In this document: positions 10,294 through 20,365 of the stretch, in pieces | How positions within the stretch are numbered: the stretch's first letter is position 1 | Layout: each line of letters opens with the position of its first letter | The notes under the pieces: generated by a model | The model's input: the letters and a program-made list of their open reading frames with translations, nothing else | Database searches by the model: none | What the model was told of the DNA's origin: nothing | Translations under genes and position numbers: made by a program | Assembly (NCBI RefSeq): GCF_018977255.1 | Contig: NW_024704743.1 | Location: forward strand, 89,034,001 to 89,098,000 | DNA: 64,000 bases | From: Callorhinchus milii | Taxonomy: Eukaryota | Direction of reading: 5' to 3'

Positions 10294-11333
10294 CTCACTG
10301 TCCCTCCTCACCCCTCCTCACTGTGTGTCCTCCCCTCACTGTGTGTCCTCCCCTCACTGTGTGTCCTCCCCGGGCCCTCTCCTCACTGTGTGTCCTCCCC
10401 TCACTGTGTGTCCTCCCCGGGACCTCTCCTCACTGTGTGTCCTCCCCTCACTGTGTGTCCTCACTGGGCCCTCCCCTCACTGTGTGTCCTCCCCTCACTG
10501 TGTGTCCTCACTGGGCCCTCCCCTCACTGTGTGTCCTCCCCTCACTGTGTGTCCTCACTGGGCCCTCCCCTCACTGTGTGTCCTCCCCTCACTGTGTGTC
10601 CTCACTGGGCCCTCCCCTCACTGTGTGTCCTCACTGGGCCCTCCCCTCACTGTGTGTCCTCCCCTCACTGTGTGTCCTCACTGGGCCCTCCCCTCACTGT
10701 GTGTCCTCACTGTGTGTCCTCAACGTCCTCTCCCCTCATTGTGCCCTCCCCTCACTATGTGTCCTCACTGTGCCCTCTCCCCTCACTGTGTGTCTTCACT
10801 GTGCCCTCTCCCCTCACTGTGCCCTCTCCCCTCACTGTGCCCTCTCCCCTCACTGTGTGTCCTCACTGTGCCCTCTCCCCTTACTGTGTGTCCTCACTGT
10901 GCCCTCTCCCCTCACTGTCTTCTCCCCTCACCCCCTTCTCCCCTCACCGTGCCCTCTCCCCTCACTGTGCCCTCTCCCCTCACCGTGCCCTCTCCCCTCA
11001 CCGTGCCCTCTCCCCTCACCGTGCCCTCTCCCCTCACCGTGCCCTCTCCCCTCACCGTGCCCTCTCCCCTCACCGTGCCCTCTCCCCTCACTCTGCCCTC
11101 TCCCCTCACTCTGCCCTCTCCCCTCACTCTGCCCTCTCCCCTCACTCTGCCCTCTCCCCTCACTCTGCCCTCTCCCCTCACTGTGCCCTCTCCCCTCACT
11201 CTGCCCTCACCCCTCACTCTGCCCTCACCCCTCACTCTGCTCTCCCCTCACTGCGCCCTCTCCCCTCACTGCGCCCTCTCCCCTCACTGCGCCCTCTCCC
11301 CTCACTGCGCTCTATGCCCCCTCCCTCTTACTG
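10294..11333. repeat. ~1-kb C-rich/G-rich minisatellite (18-bp units with a 47-bp higher-order unit)
   Basis: Units are cccctcactgtgtgtcct and ccctctcccctcac(t/c)(g/c)(t/c)g. It accounts for the long low-complexity ORFs at 10155-11441. Confidence 0.97.
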
Positions 11334-11460
11334 TTTAAAGTGAGGAGCACAAACTGCATTTTCACCAGAGTCCTTTTGCTCCCGGAGGCAAAGCGGCCGA
11401 AAGATCAGGAAGTACCTGGAGCTCGACTGCCCTCCGTGTGAACAACTTTCAAGCAAACAC

Positions 11461-11503
11461 AAAAGTGAAATGAAGCTGTGGGTCTGACAGACAGGAATTC
11501 CCC
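11461..11503. promoter_or_regulatory. Candidate IRF-like site plus NF-kB site upstream of RIPK2
   Basis: AAAAGTGAAA at 11461-11470 is IRF-E-like. GGAATTCCCC at 11494-11503 has reverse complement GGGGAATTCC, which fits GGGRNNYYCC. Both lie in unique GC-richer sequence. Motif match only. Confidence 0.4.
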
Positions 11504-11736
11504 TCGGCCTCCGCATCAGTCACTGCTCAGCTCAGCTCCGCCTGCTTACTGAAAATGAGCACAAGTCCTCCCTCCCTCCCTGGCCAACTCCTTGAGTACA
11601 ATAGCATATTTTACTCCTTTTTTTTGTCTGAAATCAAGAGTAATAGTCAATTTATTTGCGTCCCCATGTGTTCAGTTTAGGTGACTTGGTTATGTGTTCA
11701 GTTTAGGTGAGCAGGACTCACCCAGTAAGGATTGCA

Positions 11737-11875
11737 AACAACAACAACAACAACCCATTACATTTGTAAAGTGCCTTTTGGTTGGGAGGATGTCCCAAAG
11801 TGCTGGTCAGTCAGGGACGTGCACCTGAGCTGGGGGTTAGAATCAGGAAGGGTGCAGGGTAGGGAGGATCTGGGT
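11737..11875 (-). mobile_element. L2 3' tail fragment
   Basis: (aac)n followed by ttacatttgtaaagtgccttt..gggaggatgtcccaaagtgct. Confidence 0.75.
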
Positions 11876-12074
11876 AGAAACTGGCCAAGCTGGAAATCTT
11901 AAACAGAAACATAATATACTTCAAGTGCAATAGAGAACGACAGGTGTGGGAAATGCAGATGGTTCATTGGAATCCCATCAGTAACAAATACACAGTCATT
12001 TCACTCCATAACAAGCAACACCCTGTGGATTGACGTTACAGGGAATGAATGGATTATTATTTAAACCTTGGATC

Positions 12075-12295
12075 TGTGGGACCACTTGAAAAGGGAAGGG
12101 TGTTTCTTCCTGGTGCCTGGTCAACAATTCGCCAAATATCATTGATCGCTCCATAGCTGTTTGTGGGATATTGTGTGTAAATTGGCTGCTGCTTTGACAT
12201 ACACAGTCACTTCACTTTGCAGTAAAACCCAATGAAGCACTTTGAGACATCTTGATGTGATAAGGCTATTTATCAAATATAATGGTTATTTATTA
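12075..12295 (+). mobile_element. Old Deu-type SINE 3' part
   Basis: gctgtttgtgggatattgtgtgtaaattggctgctgc...aagcactttgagacatc...atcaaat. Confidence 0.7.
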
Positions 12296-12884
12296 CACTT
12301 TCCCTTCACATTTTAACCCCCAAATAAAAACATCTAAACTACAGAATTAAATTATTTTCCCTTAAATTCATTTCTGCATGATAAATAGAGGTTTGTATAT
12401 AGAGCACAGGATTCTTTCCTGTGCCCCTCTCCCCTATAATAACAACAATAATAATAATGATAATAATACTGAAATCAATCAAAACACTTCAACAGTGAGA
12501 AATGTGGCCAAAAAACAACAGCGAATTTTAATATGTATAATGTTAGGAGCCAGATAATCATCAATATATGAAGTCAGTTATTGACGCAGGCCACCAATTA
12601 CAAGGCAAAATATACATATTTCACAAAGACCCATCTAAAGGAAATAATAAATTATGTAAGAATCCTTGCATTGTTTTCGATGGTATCCCATTAACTTAGA
12701 CCCAAAGAATAGGTTACTTATTCAAACATTACACAATAACAATTTACTCAAGCACAACAGTCTGTAAAAAGATTTTGTGAATGGTTGAGAGCACTTCTCC
12801 CTCTTTATGATTTATGAATTATGGTCATGATTTCCTATATTTTACTAAATTTCTCTAGTAAATATATGCACATAGATCTCATAA

Positions 12885-13534
12885 GTCCTGTAGCTCAGTA
12901 GTTAGAGCACTCTCCTCACAAACGAGAGACCGGGTTTGATTCCCGGTAGGGCGAAACGTTATAATAATAATAATCCTTGCATTTAATATAGCGCTTTTCA
13001 ACATCTTCGAGACATCTCAAAGCGCTTCACAGAGTATAGTGTAAAGTGAATTAAATGTAAATTTGTGGGCAGAGCACGGCAGCCAATTGCGCACAGCAGT
13101 GTTCCACAAACAGTCGTGGAGATTGAGTGACCAAATTATTATTGTGTTTTTTTTCTTGAGGGATTATTATCAGGTGTGCGGAGTAAGGAAACTTGCCCAA
13201 GGTTTTGCCCTGCCGGGAATCGAACCCAGGTTTCTCACTTGCGAACCGAGTGCTCTAAATGTTGGGCAAGTTTCCTTACTCCATACGCCTCTGTTTACCT
13301 AGCAGTAAGTAGGAACCCGGCTGTAAGTCGATTGATGGATCGCTTTTCCGGGGGTATTAATTTCTTTAAAAAAAAGGTCACTTCAATCCACAACTGTTTG
13401 TGGGACACTGCTTTGTGCAATTAGTTGCTGTGTTTCACCCACAATTCACTTTACAGTATATTTTATGAAGTGCTTTGAGATGTCTCAAAGACATGACAAG
13501 ACGCAATATCAAATGCAAGGATTATTATTATTAT
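12885..13534 (+). mobile_element. tRNA-derived SINE, long variant, split by an antisense SINE
   Basis: The head is at 12885-12960; the body resumes at 13264 (gggcaagtttccttactcc...) and runs to the (att)n tail. Confidence 0.9.
12961..13256 (-). mobile_element. tRNA-derived SINE, short variant, nested in the long variant
   Basis: (aat)n tail at 12961 and a slightly 5'-truncated head at 13256. TSD AAACGTT/AAATGTT at 12954-12960 and 13257-13263. Confidence 0.9.
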
Positions 13535-13606
13535 AAGTAGTTTCCTAAGATATAGAACTATTCTCTCTCTCTCTCACTCTTAAGGGGATACATTGATAAA
13601 ATATCA

Positions 13607-13676
13607 AACAGGACCTGTGATAAGGTACAATATGAAATATTTGTATTTCATATTTTACATTATCACAGGTCCTGTT
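13607..13676. repeat. 70-nt near-perfect inverted repeat
   Basis: 33-nt arms with 31/33 complementary bases and a 4-nt loop (tttg). Confidence 0.9.
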
Positions 13677-13910
13677 CGCCTGTTCAGGTAGACATTAAAC
13701 ATCCCAGTCGAAAAGAGAAGGAGTGTCTATGGATGTCCAGGCCTACAATCCCCCCTCCCCCAAATTAGTTATTTGTTTCATGGCTATTTGTGGGATGTCT
13801 CTGTGCGCGATTAAGTTGCCATGTTTGCCTACTAATACACAATCACTCCACTTCACAGTAAGTTCTTTGAGACATCCTCATGATCTGAAAAGCATTATAC
13901 CAAAGGACCT

Positions 13911-13951
13911 TGAGTTCTGATGAATGGTCATTGACCTGAAACGTTAACTTA
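13911..13951 (+). ncRNA. Minimal type I hammerhead ribozyme motif (Penelope-like element)
   Basis: Reads TGAGTT CTGATGA AT GGTC-ATT-GACC T GAAA CG TT AACTTA. It has stem I TGAGTT/AACTTA, both core boxes, stem II, and a palindromic ACGT in place of stem III. Confidence 0.7.
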
Positions 13952-14018
13952 CTTTCTTCTCTCCATAGATGCTGCCTGACCTGCTGAGTGTTCCCAGCAG
14001 CTTCAGTTTTTATTTTTG
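13911..14018 (+). mobile_element. Short Penelope-like element terminal-repeat fragment
   Basis: Hammerhead motif followed by ctctccatagatgctgcctgacctgctgagtgttcccagcagcttcagtttttattt, the reverse complement of the 2820 copy. Confidence 0.7.
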
Positions 14019-14103
14019 ACCCTTAGTTAAGCTTCAACAAGCATAATGGTTCCATTGCGTTGTTTGGAAATATCATACTTGTCCTACTTTGAAATGAAAG
14101 TGG

Positions 14104-14808
14104 TGTAAGATTATATTTGTGATGCTTACTGTTTTTAAGATTTTTAATTAGTATACTTTTAAAATATAACCGAACACTCGCAATCTGTTTAGTATATCAT
14201 TCCTTAGCTATTAGAGTATAAACAAGGCTTGTATTTTTAAATGACTAACTGCTAGGGTACATGTAGCAATTAGAGTAGCAAAGATAAAGATATATTGGCT
14301 TGACCCCGGCTGAGGGCAGGTTCTGATAACATTCCCTCGCTCGGTGCCTGGGTTCTATATCATCCTCCCAACTAGGAATTGAGTATTCATGTCCTTGAGC
14401 ACCGATGTGAAAACAGGGAGATTCAGAGAGAGAAGCACACTCCTGGACATCTGATTCGCTCAAGACTAAGAAACAGGAATCCTCCCAATTAGCTGTCCAT
14501 ATTTCTTTCTCCGTATCAGTTATTTTCCCACGCGAAAAGAACCAGCTCAAAAATTGCTAGCAGGCCTGCGAAGGGTGGGGCCTATCTCTGTGACAAGGGG
14601 AGGTGGAGTTAGCAACACATAAAAGAAAGATGTAACTTTGAAATAGTTGGAGTTGTGTAGAGAGTCAGCGCACTTCCCAGTGGAATCAATATCGATTCTA
14701 CTGTATCTATAGTCTCAGTTTTAAGAATAAGTTAAGCTATTTGTATTACTAAATAAACCTTGGATTATTACACAACCGTATTGGTTGTCTTCATCCGAAT
14801 CTCTTACA
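14104..14808 (+). mobile_element. Solo LTR (705 bp)
   Basis: Termini TGTAAGA...TCTTACA with a 4-bp TSD GTGG at 14100-14103 and 14809-14812. It has a GC-box-like stretch, a TATA-like CATAAAA near 14618 and AATAAA near 14752. Confidence 0.85.
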
Positions 14809-14987
14809 GTGGTCATCTTGTCAGTCTAATCTAGTTCATTCTACCAATTTCTATGTGCTTGGGGGATGGACTCCTCATGCCTTTCCTAAACCAACTTTTT
14901 ACCCATCACAAGGGTCGAAAGGATCTTTACAGTTTGAACACTGGTTGGCATGGTAACCAAAATGGATAAAGCAGTATTAATGTTTAG

Positions 14988-15349
14988 AATAATATCATAA
15001 TCCTTGCATTTGATATAGCACCTTATCACATTTTCGAGAAATCTCAAAGCGCTTTACCGAATATACTGTAAAGTGAATTGACTGTGTGTTTTGTGGGCGA
15101 AACACAGCAGTCAATTACACAAAGCAGTGTCCCACAAACTGTCTTGGGTTGAGTAACCACATTATTATTATTTATTTATTTGAAGGGATTATTACCCCCG
15201 GAAAATCGCTCTGCCAATCGACTAACAACTAGGTTCTTACTTACTGCTAGGTACACAGAGGCGAGTGGAGTAAGAAAACTTACCCAACTTTTCGCCCTAC
15301 CCGATAATAAATCCCAGTTCCTCTCACTTGCGAGGCAAGTGCTCTAACC
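14988..15349 (-). mobile_element. tRNA-derived SINE, long variant
   Basis: tccttgcatttgatatagc tail through gtgctctaacca head; includes the ttactgctaggtacacagagg block. Confidence 0.87.
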
Positions 15350-15445
15350 ATAAGCAAATTCATTTTGCTTCGTAATAATAATTATTATTATTCTCTCTTG
15401 TATCTCTCTTGTTTGGATACAAGAGAGAATAATATTAATAATATA

Positions 15446-15870
15446 ATAATAATAATCCTTGCAATTGATATAGTGCCTTATCAAGTCGTTGAAATATCTC
15501 AAAGAGCTTCACAGGATATATTGTAAAGTGGAGTGACTGTATTTTGTGGGTGAAATGTGGCAGCCAATTGTACACAGCAACATCCCAAAACAGCCGTGGA
15601 ATGAGTGACCAATTTTATTTGGGGATTGTTGGCCAGTACTTTTATAGATCCAATATTGTTGAAACATCTCAAACCACCGTTTGTATAGTGACTGTTTTTG
15701 TAGGCAAAAGCAAGAGCAATTTTGTTGCATAACAAAATACCACAAACACCCATGAGATGAATCACTAATCATTAGTTGGCCAAGACACTGAGTCAAATCC
15801 CTTTTGCTTCATAAATAGTGCCATGGTCTTTAAGGTCCACCTGAACATGCAGATTGGATGTCGGTCTAAC
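15446..15870 (-). mobile_element. Deu-type SINE fragments
   Basis: aataatccttgcaattgatatag...ggcagccaattg...; tagtgccatggtctttaaggtccacctgaaca. Confidence 0.7.
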
Positions 15871-17229
15871 AAGTGAGTGACTTTCCAGACTAAATAAATT
15901 TCTATCATCAACTGTTTCAGATCCTGGATTGAGACATTCAGTAGCTAAGGCAGCAAATACTTACAGGAGACCTGATCCGTCCATTCAACCAAGACAAAAA
16001 ATCTAAACCACAAAACAGAGAAAGCCAGAGACCTTCCCAATAATAAGTTATTTGGAAAAGAAAAGATTAAACAGGTCCAAAAATCTCAGGAGAGGGTTAA
16101 AAAAATAATAAAGTCTTTTTCACAACAGTGAACTATCCTTTTATAAATTGATGTTAAACTTAGCTGAATTCTCATAACTTTAAGAGGTTTGAGGATCTGC
16201 ATTGCATATTGCATATTGCATATTTGAATAGCTAACAGTGCCCTCTAGTACAACCACAACCGCCCAAATACAGCATATAAGGGCCAAACATGGAATCAAT
16301 TAGTTAACTCTCAAATTTCCAAGGAAACGCACAAATGTGCATGTTGTATGTGCCTATAATAATAATGTTTTCTGTTCCAATTATCTTGTAATGCAAAAAT
16401 TACACCACTAACTGCAAATAAAAAGAATACTGCAGAAACAGTGGGTGTTTGGGGAATCGGTCACGGGGAAGTTGGAAGGGCACCATGTGTTTGACCACTG
16501 AAACCTTTGCATTCAGCCTAATGCTGGGAAAATAAACCATAAGATATGTCTGATGTCCATCTTCAAAAAAGCTGTTTATAGGGGCAAACGGAGGCAAGAA
16601 AATGCAATCCTTTGGTTCCTGATTCCGACAATGAAATATAAAACAGAAGACTGAAATCCCAGTTGCCAAATTCCTGCTGACATTTCCACCATCTTATTCA
16701 GTTCGAGTCACAGTATTCCATTTGCAATAACAGACTATCATTCTTCAATAATTTTTTCCTTGGCTGAAATTGCTGACACATTCTGGTGCACAGTTTCTCT
16801 GCATTTGCATCCTGCAACCTCACCCAAATGACTATATATCACGCGTGAGTCAAGACAGTTCGTGTCTGCAAGATGTGAATCATAGACCAGCCTGGGCATG
16901 TCATCAGCTTTTTTTTACTTTAGAAACACATGACTTTCACTCAACCGGTACCACTATGAAATATATAAAGGCTGAGGTGTATTCTTGACAGCATGCTCTA
17001 TCCATCAGCTAAAAAAATAACCAGTTAAACCAGTTAAGAATGGAGTGAGACATGAGCCTGGAAATTATAGACCAGAAAGGAAATTACAGACCTGACATCG
17101 CCAGTGGGGAAAATGCTTGAGTGCATTGTACAGGATTTTATCAATACTCAAGGACAGATGCCATAAGAAGCAGTTAACATGGACTTAGAAGTAACTGGTT
17201 ATGCCTCACAAATCACTTGGAATTATTGT

Positions 17230-17835
17230 CAGAGGCACCGTCCTTCAGATGAGACATTAAATTAAGTTTCCTTCTGACTGTTCAGGTGAATGTTAAAAAT
17301 CCCTTGGCATTATTGGAGGTAGTCCTGCAGATCAGTGGTTAGAGCACTCGCCTCGCAAGCGAGAGACCTGGGTTTGATTCCCGGCAGAGCGAAACCTTGG
17401 GCAAGTTTCCTTACTCCACACACCTGATAATGATAACTCAAGAAAAAAAACAATAATAAAATTAGTCACTTCAATCCACAACTGTTTTGTGGGACACTGC
17501 TGTGCGCAATTGGCTGCTGCTGTTTGCCCACAAATATGCAAGTCAATTCACTACAGTATAATTTGTGAAGCGCTTTGAGACATCTGAAAGACGTGAAAAG
17601 CGCTATATTATTTTTCAAAAAGAATTGGGTGTTTCTCCTGGTGTTTTAGCCGACAGTATTCCAGATAGATTGATCATTCACCTTTCGGCTGTTTATGGAA
17701 CTTTGCTTTGTGTATGTTGGCTGCTGCATTTGCCTATATATATGCAGTCATCACACTTTACAGGAATGATTTGTAAAGCTCTCTAAGACATTTCAACATT
17801 ATAGATGCTTATATCAAACACAAAATTTATTATTA
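17230..17835 (+). mobile_element. Old Deu-type SINE with a younger tRNA SINE (about 17314-17610) nested in it
   Basis: The old SINE (...aaatcccttggcattatt) is broken by gtcctgcagatcagtggttagagc...gaaaagcgctatatt and resumes at caaaaagaattgggtgtttctcctggtg. Confidence 0.8.
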
Positions 17836-17907
17836 TTTCAAATTTGTAGGAGTATACTAGCTATGTAGGATGATAACTAATACAAGGAGTATAAGTAACA
17901 TTCAGGA

Positions 17908-19715
17908 ACAACAACAACAACAAAATTACATTTGTATTGCGTCTTTCACGTCGGTAGGATGACCCAAGATGCTGGACAGACAGAGTTTTGAACCCGAGCT
18001 GGGGGTTGGGATGGGAAGGGTGGAGGGCAGGGGAGGAAGCAGGGAGATCGAAAGCATGGTTGAAGAGGATGGGATTTAAAGGTGGCAAGGGAGGGAGCGA
18101 GGTGGAGAAACTGCGGAATGGAATCGTGGGGGCAGAGTGGCAGAAGACTCGCCCGCCAATAGTGGGGTGAGCAGGGCGGGGGACGTGAAGCAGGCCGGAG
18201 CCCACTGAGCAGAAGGAGCGAACAGGATGGTATGGGATTAGGAGGTCGCAGAGGTAGGGGGAAGCAAGACCATGGAGGGCTTTGAAGCTGAGGACCAGGA
18301 TCTTGAACTATATCCTCTGCGAGATGGGAAGACAGTGGAGTTCGTCAACGATGGGGGTGATAGGGTTGCGAAGCCTAGTGTGGAAGAGGACATGGTCTGC
18401 AGAGTTCTGGATGATCTGCAGCCTGTGGAGGGAGGAGTTGGGGAGGCCGACAAGTAGTGAGGTTGCATAGTCGAGCCTTGATGTAATGAAAGCATGTATG
18501 AGCGTTTCGGCGGCCTGTGGTGTGCGTCAGTAGCGGAGCGGGGTGATGTTGTGGAGGTGGGGGAAGGCAGAGCGGGTCACAGCGCAGATGTGGGGTAGAA
18601 AGTATAGTTGAGGGTCAAACAAGATGCCAAGGTTCTGGACTGGCTCAGTGAGGTGGAGTGTGCAACCATGGATGGTGATGCTGTCAGCACCTGAGGTGAG
18701 GAGGCGCTGACGGGAGTCAATCAGGAGAACCTCGGCCTTGTTGCCGTTCAACTGAAGAAAGTTAGTTCTCATCCAGGACTTGATGTCTGACAGACACCCT
18801 TGGTAGAGGCAGAGAGATAGAGATGGGTGTCATCCACACATATGTGGAAGTTGACCCCATGTATGTGGATGGTGTCAAGAGGAAGCACACAGATATTGAA
18901 GAGGAGGGAACCAAGGACAGAGCCCTGAGGAACGTGGCATGAGGCCTTACGGGGGTTAGTGGAGAATCCGTTTGTGGAGATGAAGTGGAGGCAGCGTGAG
19001 AGGTACGATCTGAACCAGTCAAGGACAGAGTCATGAAGGTTAAGGTGAGAGGAGAGGCGGTGGAGGAGGATAGAGTGGTCGACGGTGTTAAAGGCAGCAG
19101 AGGGGTCAAGGAGAACGAGGAGGCAGAGGGAGCCCTGGTCGAAGATGGACAGAATGTCATTTGTCACTTTGACCAGGGCTGTTTCTGTGCTGTGGGCGGC
19201 ATGGAAACCCGATTGGTGAGGTTTGAGAAGGGAGTGGCGGGAAAGGAAGGAGTGAAGCTGAGAAGCAACAACTTGTTCCGGGACCTTGGAGAGGAAAGGG
19301 AGGTTGGAGATGGGGTGGTAGTTTGCGAGTAGAGATGGGTCCAGGGAGTGTTTTTTAATGATAGGAGTGATCACGGTGGTTTTCAATGTGTTGGCAACAG
19401 TACCAGAGGACAGGGAGAGGTTAACAATGTCAGTGAGTAGAGGGGCAAGGAGGTGGAGCTCGGAGGTAAGGAGAGCAGTAGGGATGGGGCTGAGGGAACG
19501 GGTGTTCGGTTTAATGCGGGTTATGGTGGTGATGCGAGAGGAGGGGGAGACAGGTTCAAAGGCGTGGTGAGAGAGATGGGTAGTGGTCAGGGTTGATGGG
19601 GAGGCGGTAGCAGTTGCAGTGGCAGAGGCAGCTGAGCGAATTCCCTTGACTTTGGATTCGAGGAAGTCCAGCATCGCCGTGCAGTTGACATTTGAGGTGA
19701 GGATGGGTGAGGAAG
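17908..19715 (-). mobile_element. 5'-truncated L2 LINE (~1.8 kb)
   Basis: ORF 18769..19674: [20 protein letters not shown]...[20 protein letters not shown]...VPQGSVLG, with the degenerate active site ICVDDT and an (aac)n tail at 17908. Confidence 0.95.
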
Positions 19716-20152
19716 CTTAATCAGATGGATTAAGCAGTGGTACATTTTTAATATGTTTTAATAAATATAAGGTAACACATATTGAAACAAGACAAAAGCC
19801 ATGTGTAAAGACGAAGGGATGTCCAATAGCAGAGATGATGATGAAAAAGGATTGGGATGAGTTTACTATGGATCACTTTACTTCTCAAGGCATGAGAATC
19901 AACTACAAAAATATATGTTTAAATGCAATCTCATTCATTGATGTATGTTCAGGGAAGCTTATAGAATGAGAAAGAATGATTATAAATACTTTCTAAACCT
20001 TTGAAAGAACTTGTAATGGAATTAATACGCCTCTAACCTAATGGCAATATGATCAAAGTGATGATGAACTTTAGCGCACAACATATATTCGTTACACAAT
20101 TATAGATAAGGGAATTTCTACCGATGTCCTGGCCAGTGATGACCCAAATAAA

Positions 20153-20365
20153 AACAAAAACAGAAGTCGCTGAGAACACTCAGCAGGTCAGGCAGCATCT
20201 ATGGAGAAAAGAAAGTGAGTCAACGTTTCGGGTCCACAATCCTTCGTCAGAACCCGACCCAAAACTTTCCTTTCTCCATAAATACTGCCTGATCTGCTGA
20301 GCATTCCCAGCGATTTCTGTTTTTGTTTCAGATTTCCAGCATCTGCAGTATTGCATTTTATTTTT
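20153..20365. mobile_element. Palindromic Penelope-like insertion with 14-bp target-site duplication
   Basis: Two ~65-bp inverted arms flank the hammerhead segment. ATGACCCAAATAAA is repeated at 20139-20152 and 20366-20379. The insertion interrupts an old Deu-type SINE. Confidence 0.78.
20217..20255 (-). ncRNA. Minimal type I hammerhead ribozyme motif, partly decayed
   Basis: The minus strand reads GGGTT CTGACGA A GGATT-GTG-GACCC GAAA CG TT GACTC. The core is intact; stem II has a mismatch. Confidence 0.62.

Noticed and set aside
10294..11333. CRISPR-like array
   Set aside because: The units are contiguous with no unique spacers, there are no cas genes, and the context is vertebrate.
10155..11441. 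Long ORFs of 428, 381, 337 and 107 aa rich in Pro/Cys/Leu/Ser or Gly/Arg/Glu
   Set aside because: They are translations of the 18-bp minisatellite, which is open in all three plus frames because the unit has no stop codon.
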